Program-made: the position numbers and the translations under genes
Origin: an uncultured Nitrososphaerales archaeon
Lineage (GTDB): Archaea; Thermoproteota; Nitrososphaeria; Nitrososphaerales; Nitrososphaeraceae
Assembly (NCBI GenBank): GCA_963713605.1
Contig: CAVQMO010000010.1
Span: 736,001-800,000, forward strand
Direction: 5' to 3'
Length of the DNA stretch: 64,000 bases
The notes under the pieces: generated by a model
Told to the model about the DNA's origin: nothing
The model's input: the letters and a program-made list of their open reading frames with translations, nothing else
Database searches by the model: none
In this document: positions 55,745-64,000 of the stretch, piece by piece
Layout of the letters: each line of letters opens with the position of its first letter
Numbering within the stretch: the stretch's first letter is position 1

Positions 55745-56973
55745 GCGAAGCGACACAGAGTTTAGAATCAAGCTCAGAAAATTTAGTTAGTGAACCTTAC
55801 CAACATCTCTACGTTGTTATTGAGCACGAAGAAGGCATTCCAGTGCCTGTTAGCTTGGAAATGCTAGGCGAAGCGAGACGACTCATGGATAATTTCAACA
55901 AGAAATACTCAAGTAATGAAAAAGTGGTCGCTGTAGTACTCGGCGATAATGTTAGACATTTGTGTGAGGACCTAATCAAGTCTGGTGCGGATGTTGTGGT
56001 GTACGCAAATAATCCATCGCTAAAACATTATACTAATCTATTGTACACCAAGATAATCTGTCAAATGGTTGAAGACAAAAATGTCGCGAGATCGATATCT
56101 CAAATTAGTAGTGAAAATTACAAAAAACCAAGGTACATGTTCTTTTCGGCGGATAACACCGGACGACATTTGTCTTCAACCGTAATGGCACAGCTAGAGT
56201 CCGGACTGGCGTCCGATATCAATAAATTGGTGATTTCGGACCTTGAAATTAGGCACGAGCACAAGACTAAAGGTCAACTTGCTAAATACGAAAAAACTTT
56301 AGAAATGTATAGGCCAGACTTCTCTGGGTTTCTATGGACTACTATCTTATGCCTTGATAATAGGAATCCTGCTATCGCGAGAGAATATCATCCGCAATCA
56401 TGCAGTATCATTCCAGGGGTCTTCGAGCCAATAACTAAGGAAGATCAGCGGACAGGAACGATTGTGGATTTTGAACCCCAAATCTCCACCGAAGATTTAA
56501 GAGTCAAGGTTCTAAGTAGAAGGATTTTAAAGTCCACGATTGATTTTGAGAGTTGTAAAATCATAGTTAGTTATGGCCGAGGGATAAGAGATTCTCCAGA
56601 AGAGAATTTCAAATTGATTGAACAACTCGCAAAGTCACTCGATGCAGAGATAGGCATATCTCTTCCAATCTCAAAGAGACCATATCAGACTAAAGACCAA
56701 CATTTGCTGTCTTACATGATTCCAGAACGGGTGATTGGCACCAGTGGTAGAAAAGTTTCACCTGTCGTATATATTGCCATAGGCATCAGCGGAGCAGTTC
56801 AACACCTTGCAGGGATGAAAGAGTCAGGATTTGTGATTGTAATAAATCCTGACACGGATGCACCATTTAGAGATGAATGTGACATTTTTATAAAAGGTCG
56901 AATGGAGCAAGTTTTGCCCGTTCTCACGGAACTCATAAAAAAACATATGTTAATGATAGAGAAGAGGGCCTAA
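55741..56973 (+). CDS. fixB: Electron transfer flavoprotein alpha subunit
   Basis: SLEMLGEARRL, GLASD, IVSYGRG, IGTSGRKVSP, YIAIGISGAVQHLAGM and INPDTDAP. Confidence 0.92.
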   Translation: MSEATQSLESSSENLVSEPYQHLYVVIEHEEGIPVPVSLEMLGEARRLMDNFNKKYSSNEKVVAVVLGDNVRHLCEDLIKSGADVVVYANNPSLKHYTNLLYTKIICQMVEDKNVARSISQISSENYKKPRYMFFSADNTGRHLSSTVMAQLESGLASDINKLVISDLEIRHEHKTKGQLAKYEKTLEMYRPDFSGFLWTTILCLDNRNPAIAREYHPQSCSIIPGVFEPITKEDQRTGTIVDFEPQISTEDLRVKVLSRRILKSTIDFESCKIIVSYGRGIRDSPEENFKLIEQLAKSLDAEIGISLPISKRPYQTKDQHLLSYMIPERVIGTSGRKVSPVVYIAIGISGAVQHLAGMKESGFVIVINPDTDAPFRDECDIFIKGRMEQVLPVLTELIKKHMLMIEKRA

Positions 56974-56976
56974 AAT

Positions 56977-58857
56977 ATGGAAAGATATGATGTTGCGGTA
57001 GTTGGAGGGGGAACCAGTGGTCTTACTGCACTACGCCAACTCTCAAACCTTGGAAAACAGGCTGTTTTGATTGAAGCAGGGAGACTCCACAGGAACCAAG
57101 AACGTTTCAGGAGGAATTCTCTACTCTAAAAGACCGAAAAACGGTAGAGTGTATAATATTGAAGATGTGTTTGGAAGGGAATTTATTGACGAGGCCCCTT
57201 ATGAGCGAGCTATTACGCAGTATGTATTGCACGCCACTTCTAAAGATAAGTTGTACTCTATTGATTTAACTCCAGTCCACGAATATCAAATTAATTATGC
57301 CTACTCTGTCTTACTAAGTAAACTCATTCCATGGCTTGCAAAAGAGGCTGGCGACATGTCAGAAAAGATGGGGGGAGGAATAATATCTGGTGTCCATGTA
57401 AGGTCAGTTAGATGGGAACAGGGTAACAATGATATTGTGATAGAGACAGATGAGCTAGAACCATTTAGTGTAAAGGCAGTTATTGCGGGTGATGGCACAA
57501 ACTCTGAAATAGACTGAAGTTACCAAGGCGCGGAACAAGTTCTCTTCCGAACAACTTTATCAAGGGGTAAAGGTCGTCATAAAGCTTCCTGAAACAATTT
57601 TGGAAGAGAGGTTTAATATTACAAGCGAGGGGGGGGCAGCGCATTTGTTTGCGGGAGACGTGACTATGAATCATATGGGCGGAGGTTTTTTGTATACAAA
57701 CAGAGATACTATTTCTCTCGGAGCCGTATATCACATGGACTCACTGATGGATAACCCTGTTGAACCTTCACGACTAATCGACGCTTTGATACGAAATCCG
57801 TTTGTGGCAGAATTCATCAAAGATAAGAGTACCGACTCGGAAGTTTAATCAAGCCTTGATCTCAAAGGATGAAGAGATTCGCCAACATTTCATGGCAGTC
57901 AAGTTACTAAAAGCGTGGAACACTCTCCGCTCTGATTTCCACTCTAGAGATGGAATTAAGCGACTAATTGAAAGCGGCAAATATAAGACAAAAGAAGAGA
58001 TAGAGAGTAGGATCAACTTTCTAGAGAACGAACTAGTAGAAAAATATAACTATGAATTTGGCGATAATTACGTAGAATTAGAGTACAGCGCTAGATTAAT
58101 TCCCGATGGCAAGCGATGTAGAATGAAAACCCCATATTATAAAAATATACTATTCGTAGGTGATGCAGCTGGTCGTGGAGTGTTTATCGGCCCCAGAATT
58201 GAAGGGCTTAATGTGGGTATAGATGATGCAGTAAGGGCGGCTAACGCCGTGGCCCGGTCTTTAGATAGGAACAATTTTGATGAGCAATATCTTGGTAATT
58301 TCTATACAAAATCTGTAGAAGAGAGCCCCTATACGAGAGATATGAAAGAAATTGATAAGGAATACCTGAAGATTTTCCTTGATTGTAGCAAGAATATCCC
58401 GAAAGATATAGTAGGTTCTAGATATGGAATGATTTTTAAATTAATGTCCAGCGGCACATTAAGAGGCATTGCGGTAGGATTTGCAAATATGCTCGGATTT
58501 GAACGTCTATTGCCATTGGTTGAATCTGTTGATACTTATGTAAATGTTCCCATTGAGTTAGCCGATAGGCTAGGTAGTTCGATTGAAAGTAATTATGTCC
58601 CAAGTACTCCATCATTGCAGGAGAGGATTGCGAAACTGGATTACGATGATGATTCTGTATCGCATATCCAGGTTACAAAGCCTCGGAGCGAGTTTATGCA
58701 AAAGATGGTGTCTTTATGTCCCACGCGCTGTTACAGTAGTGAAAATGGGGATGTAATTTTACAACACGAGGGGTGTATAGAGTGTGGTACATGTGCGTAT
58801 GAAACCCTATGGAGACATCCTCGTGGTAGTAAGGGCATCTCGTATAAGTATGGCTAG
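56977..58857 (+). CDS. fixC: ETF:quinone oxidoreductase FixC fused to a C-terminal FixX ferredoxin (frameshifted)
   Basis: YDVAVVGGGTSG, KNVSGG, AGDGTNS, GGGFLYTN, EYSARLIPDG and VGDAAG, then CPTRCY...EGCIECGTC...WRHPRG..GISYKYG. Confidence 0.88.
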
Positions 58858-58924
58858 GCGAATATTTAGTTTCAGTCCTCATCTCTTGAAAGATGATACA
58901 TCAATTCATCAGGGTTGAACAACT

Positions 58925-59476
58925 TCAGCCGATCCACTTAATGGAACATCCAATTGAAGGAAAGAAATCTTTTTCGATAACATTTCCTGAAAGGAGCCTC
59001 TTAACATTATCCTCTAAGATGGGAATTTTAGGACTCATCTGAGGATCGACTGCATCATTTATACGTCCATGATATATGAGTCTGCGCGTATCATCAAAAA
59101 GAAATGGATCTGGAGTACAAACGGCACCATATGATTTTGCTATAGTTTGACTTTCGTCAATTAAGTATGGGAAATTAAGTTTGTACTCCCTTCCAAACTT
59201 GATCATGTTATCATACCCTTCGTTCTCGTAATTGGGATCGTTACTATTTATGCCTACTATAGTCAATTCATCTGTTGAAAATTTAGACCGGAGCTGAACA
59301 AGGTCGCCTATCCTAGCCTTTACGTAAGGGCAATGGTTACAAATGAAGACGACTAACAATGTTTTGCTCTCAGAGAAATTTTCTAACGAGTATGTATTTC
59401 CATCAATTCCCCTCAATCTAAATTGTGGAGCAGGTTGGCCGGTCTTAAGGGTGTTTGAGGATTCTGTTTTAACCAT
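58925..59476 (-). CDS. Thioredoxin-family (AhpC/TSA-like) protein
   Basis: GQPAPQF.L, FICNHCPYV, INSND, YGAVCTPDPF, YHGRIND and SIGCSIKW. Confidence 0.9.
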   Translation of the reverse strand: MVKTESSNTLKTGQPAPQFRLRGIDGNTYSLENFSESKTLLVVFICNHCPYVKARIGDLVQLRSKFSTDELTIVGINSNDPNYENEGYDNMIKFGREYKLNFPYLIDESQTIAKSYGAVCTPDPFLFDDTRRLIYHGRINDAVDPQMSPKIPILEDNVKRLLSGNVIEKDFFPSIGCSIKWIG

Positions 59477-60059
59477 TCTAAGTAATATTGCTCTATGTCT
59501 CTTTAAAATGTTTTTTTTCAAACATTCAGACTCTCAGTTTTGCCGAATTCTTTAGCGAATTAAAAAATTAATACCGAATCACGTATTACGAATGAAAAGA
59601 GGACTTAGTTTATGTTTGATCATGGTTGAAATTAGATTCTGTCTAGAATAGATACTGCTGAATCATGAGATAACTGCTTGATCGTCCACTTCCAATCTTC
59701 CAACAATATCAGTAACCTTTGAATAAGGCGTCAGACTGATCCGATGGACGTTTGAATACTTATTTGATATCAGCGAGCACAATTTATGTAGTCTGAATGT
59801 GGGCAGGCTTGAAGCGTTAGTAATACATTACCAGTTATTAGTAAAGACATATAGATTTCACCATCAGTTGTCTCAGTGCTTTATCTACAACAAGCCTTGA
59901 ATTTTTTATGTGTCGCATCTAGGCTCAAATCTCGTACTAAAAAAAGGATATAACTACTATTTACTATCCAATTTCAAGTTTGGTGATACCAATGATGACA
60001 ACTTGGGTCTGGCTAGAGTATCTGTCTGTAAAAATTTTTATACTTGGGGTGAATGTATC

Positions 60060-61296
60060 ATGGAAGTGCCGATAGACAGTGGTGATACTGCTTGGATGAT
60101 GCTTGCTACGGGCTTAGTTTTACTTATGACACCCGCACTGGGCTTCTTTGAAGCAGGCCTCATCAGAGGCAAGAATTCTTTATCCGTAATGATGCAAACT
60201 TTTTCAGGCCTGGCAATTCTGTCTGTATTGTGGTTCCTGATAGGTTTCACATTGGTGTTCTCCCCATCAATAGGTGGAATAATTGGTGGATTGCAATGGG
60301 CTTTCTTCAATGAAGTACCTTTTGCCAGTGCTTTGGATTATGCGCCATCTATTCCGGGCGTAACATTTGCGACATTCCAAATGATGTTTGCGGTCATAAC
60401 TCCGCTTCTGATAACTGGCGCATTCGCTGAACGTGTAAAATTCAGTGGTTTTGTGATATTTATCGTAGCATGGAGCTTTGTAGTATATTTCCCTCTCGCA
60501 CATTGGGTATGGGGAGGAGGCTGGCTCGCTAATCTAGGAGTATATGACTTTGCAGGAGGTATTGTGATTCATACATCGGCAGGTCTCGCCTCGATCGCCG
60601 CAGCACTTGTCTTGGGGCGGCGAAAGAATTTTGGTCCAGATATTATGGTTCCGCATAATATTCCGCTCGCAGTTCTTGGTGCATCCTTGCTTTGGTTAGG
60701 TTGGTTTGGTTTTAATGCTGGAAGTGCATTAGCGTCAGGTTCCTTGGCGGCAAATGCATTCCTTGTAACACAGATTGGAGCAGTGACTTCTGCGGTAGTT
60801 TGGATTTTGCTGTCTTGGAAAAGATCAAAGAAACCATCTACAACGGCAGCGATCAATGGTGCTATCTGCGGCCTTGCCGGCGTGACTCCTGCTGCAGGTT
60901 TCATAACCGCACAGAGCCTCTTTCTTTCTAGGAATAGTGTTGGGGTTTGCTTCTTATTTTGGCATCCTCCTAATCAAGGAAAGATTGAAAATTGATGACG
61001 CGCTCGACGTAAGTTCGGTACACGGCATAACTGGAATAATTGGAGCAATCGCTATTGGGTTCGTTGCAACGACACTTGTAAATCCTGCTGGTCCTGACGG
61101 ATTACTGTATGGAAATGCTTTTCAGTTGGCGATCCAAGCCCTCGGGGTAGCAGTTGCCGCAGCACTTGCATTTGTGGGTACCATCGTTATTATGAAGGTA
61201 ATAGACAAGACTATTGGTCTCCGTGTCACTGAGGTTGAAGAAGATATAGGTCTAGACATTGCTCAACATGCCGAACGAGCATATGTGGAGCAATGA
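60060..61296 (+). CDS. amtB: Ammonium transporter (frameshift near 60920)
   Basis: DSGDTAW, LVLLMTPALGFF, FQMMFAVIT, AHWVWGGGWL, DFAGGIVIH, LWLGWFGFNAGS and DDALDVSSVHG. Confidence 0.96.
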
Positions 61297-61357
61297 GAAA
61301 ATGGTACGAGACGGTATATATATACGACCCATAATTACATACTGACGAATACCTTCC

Positions 61358-61708
61358 TTGAAAATGCTTCAGGCTATCATTAGAGCCGAGAGGATGCCGC
61401 TGGTTAAGGAGCAATTGCGCAATATCGGAATTGGAGGTATGACCGTATCTTCAGTCTCGGGGTGGAGCAGGCAAAGAGAACTACATTTGCAGTGGCGTGG
61501 ACAGCCCGTGTCGTATGATCTTGTTCCCAGGATGAAATTTGAAATCGCAGTTCCCGATGATCGGGTCGAATTGGTAATTAGGACCATTGTAAAACACGCA
61601 CGAAGCGGTGAGGCTGGAGAGCAAGGAGATGGGATTATATTTCTTTCAAGTATTGAGCAGGCCATCAATATCGCCACGCTTGAAGAAGGAGACAGAAGCT
61701 TGACCTAG
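61358..61708 (+). CDS. PII family nitrogen regulator
   Basis: MKMLQAIIRAE...GIGGMTVSSVSG...ARSG....GDGIIF. The T-loop QWRGQPVSYD is atypical. Confidence 0.9.
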   Translation: MKMLQAIIRAERMPLVKEQLRNIGIGGMTVSSVSGWSRQRELHLQWRGQPVSYDLVPRMKFEIAVPDDRVELVIRTIVKHARSGEAGEQGDGIIFLSSIEQAINIATLEEGDRSLT

Positions 61709-61780
61709 TATTCAAAAAAGCAGTACACCTCTTTATGTCAAGAAATATTATATAAGAATTGGGCATACTCCAAAGGGAAT

Positions 61781-62125
61781 TTGAAACGAATTGATCTGAT
61801 AGTTCCACATGAGTGCCTACGTGATTTGAACGATCTAATGCGCGGGCACGATGTAGGAGGACTAACCTTCTATGATGTCAAAGGCAGGGGCCGTACAAGG
61901 CAAGAGCCTGTTGCTGTTGGAAGAGGGGTAATGCGGTACGTCCCTGAATTTGGGTCACGAATGAAAGTCGAAGTCCTTGTCAGTAACGTAAAGGTGAAGC
62001 GGATAATAGATGACATCCTTGTAAAGATCGGCACTGGCTCTGTGTCAGAGGGCAAAATATTTGTTTATGATGTCTCTGAGGCATACGATATTGGATCTAA
62101 AGAGTCAGGTGACGACGCCTTATAA
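61781..62125 (+). CDS. PII family nitrogen regulator
   Basis: GLTFYDVKGRG, MRYVPEF, KVEVLV and GKIFVYDVSEAYDI. Confidence 0.9.
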   Translation: MKRIDLIVPHECLRDLNDLMRGHDVGGLTFYDVKGRGRTRQEPVAVGRGVMRYVPEFGSRMKVEVLVSNVKVKRIIDDILVKIGTGSVSEGKIFVYDVSEAYDIGSKESGDDAL

Positions 62126-62251
62126 CAGGAGATTGGATGTTGAACAAACAAACTGGCGGGCAGAGAACAAATTCATTTATCGAAAACATGAATCACACGT
62201 GCAGTACTTGAAATATATTCGAGATAGGATTCCTGACAACCATGACGAATT

Positions 62252-62629
62252 ATGATTCACTGGAAGAAGTACTATTACTTCCAGCTCGGTAAACTTGTAG
62301 TAGCTTCAATTGACATAGACTTGAGCAAATGTGACGACTGCACAGTTTTTGTACTCTTGGTAGAAGAATCATTAGGGTCTGCCGGTGGACGTGCAGGTGG
62401 CTCGGGGAGTAGAAAAATAGGTAGGATACTTGGCTTCAAGATCCACCAGTCGGAAATAGATCTGATAATTGATAGCCAACAAAAGGAAATCATAGATCGC
62501 TTTGATGTTCCCTATAGCGCAGTAGCTTTGGATATTATCCTATCGACTGGACAGGAATCATTAGTTCAAGGTATAGTTGATCCTGTCTTAATCGAGGAAT
62601 ACATGCGAATTGTTAATACGGTTGTATGA
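62252..62629 (+). CDS. Hypothetical protein (start uncertain)
   Basis: Contains VLLVEESLGSAGGRAGGSGSRKI...PYSAVALDI...VQGIVD. Confidence 0.7.
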   Translation: MIHWKKYYYFQLGKLVVASIDIDLSKCDDCTVFVLLVEESLGSAGGRAGGSGSRKIGRILGFKIHQSEIDLIIDSQQKEIIDRFDVPYSAVALDIILSTGQESLVQGIVDPVLIEEYMRIVNTVV

Positions 62630-62651
62630 AACAGTTTCTTAATCCTATTCA

Positions 62652-63023
62652 ATGTCTGAATCCGATCATGAGGAAACAGTGGAAAATGTCGCTGCAAGTA
62701 TTGAAGATCTTTTAAGAATGGGAATAATTAAATTTGATGATTCAAGTGGTGATGGGCATGAAAAAGTTATCTTAACTGCCAAGTTTTCGTTCATCCTCTC
62801 AAAGATGATGGCAGATCCGAATGTTATGAAGGACGACCAACAGGCCCTTCTCAAGGCTCTCTACTACGCACTCCTTATCTATCTTGATGATGAGCTGAAA
62901 CTTCCAAGGAAATTGACGATGGCATTAGCGAACGACATCGAAAAATTTCAAGACGCATTAGAATTATCTAAATTTGTAAGAAGGTATGTCATGGTCCTGT
63001 ACAACATAGCGCGAGATGCTTGA
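62652..63023 (+). CDS. Hypothetical protein
   Basis: 123-aa helical-looking ORF co-oriented with its neighbours. Confidence 0.7.
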   Translation: MSESDHEETVENVAASIEDLLRMGIIKFDDSSGDGHEKVILTAKFSFILSKMMADPNVMKDDQQALLKALYYALLIYLDDELKLPRKLTMALANDIEKFQDALELSKFVRRYVMVLYNIARDA

Positions 63024-63153
63024 GTTGAAACTTTGATTAGGGGGTATAATTTAAGTTTCTCTGTATAGGGATGAAATCCAGAGATTAAAGGTACAAATAT
63101 TCTTGATTTTCAAGTAATGGTTTTTATAAAGAGGAGAAGAAAATGAATCTAAA

Positions 63154-63579
63154 ATGTCGTTACTACGTGAATCAGGCGAGATCTCTACACGTAACAAAGA
63201 TAATAACTTGCCGTCATATGGTGCCCTTGACTACTTTCAAATGCACTTCATAGTGATGGGTAGTGCTAGTAACCCCTCTGAGTTGATTGCGAAATGCAAG
63301 GCTAGCACAAACGGTCATTTTTCTAAGAAGCATGTAACCAGAGTCAATTGGGAAGGGGGAAAGATTGCTGAGATAGTGAGTAAAGACCAACAATTAGAAA
63401 GTTATCTTCGAAATGTATTGCTTGATGAGGGAGAAATCTTTATCGACCCGCTTGAAGATCACGTTCGTGTATATGGAAAATGGAAGCATCAGCAAGAGTT
63501 ACGTCTGTATGAAGACCTCGTCCAGATGATGGATCGAATATGTTATCATGTCAAAGGGTTTATGAATAAACAAGAGTAG
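63154..63579 (+). CDS. Hypothetical protein
   Basis: 141-aa ORF with no recognised motif. Confidence 0.65.
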   Translation: MSLLRESGEISTRNKDNNLPSYGALDYFQMHFIVMGSASNPSELIAKCKASTNGHFSKKHVTRVNWEGGKIAEIVSKDQQLESYLRNVLLDEGEIFIDPLEDHVRVYGKWKHQQELRLYEDLVQMMDRICYHVKGFMNKQE

Positions 63580-64000
63580 TTAGAATATTGTCTGAGATTA
63601 GCTAAAATGTTAGCAATAACGACGGTAAATCATTCTTGTGACTACTCCTTCATGTTAAGCCAGGTTAAATATCGTTTCAAGTGAACCAGACAGATAGTTC
63701 TGAAATAAGAAGGTAAGGACACAAGAACAACCATAGCGAAAAAAAGATTCTTTCTGATATTTGTATGGCTATTCGGATTCGAATTGTAATTTGTATGTAA
63801 CGGCTTTCTTGTAGAGAATCTCTGTGTTATCTTTAATCGTTATTGCTCAGATATTGGTAAAAGCCTTTCAAATCTAAAACTTCGACTGAAGCTTAATTAT
63901 TTCATAAGAATGAAAATGACTACTGTACTTTTTACCGGACGAAAGTTGTGGGAAAGTCGAAAGAATCCTAGAACTCCAATAACATGTTCAATCAGGTCAT

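Noticed and set aside
59540..60060. NrpR operator (GGAA-N6-TTCC) upstream of amtB
   Set aside because: No matching site seen; only a weak GGATA...TATCC inverted pair.

Overview
The window is from an ammonia-oxidising archaeon (Nitrososphaerota, most likely Nitrososphaeraceae; roughly 40% GC by eye). It starts inside the 3' end of archaeal amoA and is mostly core genome: 2-oxoacid:ferredoxin oxidoreductase, pdxST, aconitase, trpC, rfcL, hflX, SRP54, Pus10, two ribosomal proteins, argS, Lsm, bacterial-type metK, cobalamin genes (cbiD, cbiG, cbiX, cbiC, cbiA), uvrBAC, an ETF/Fix cluster with a FixC-FixX fusion, and amtB with two PII genes. It has three tRNAs: Leu-TAA (two introns), Thr-GGT and Arg-CCG (non-canonical intron). 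Many genes, including the essential argS, are split by small indels, which points to an unpolished long-read sequence rather than real pseudogenisation. The best signals missed by the ORF track are a complete dual-guide C/D-box sRNA (22813-22884), predicted to target C34 of a CAU-anticodon tRNA and the 23S peptidyl-transferase region, and a 47-aa, 9-Cys metallothionein-like ORF upstream of the oxidoreductase operon. Also worth checking are a Mesh1/SpoT-like HD hydrolase next to the Fix cluster, a long intergenic hairpin, and several small or decayed ORFs. I found no CRISPR array, transposase or integrase. All family assignments come from motif recognition; no database search was run.
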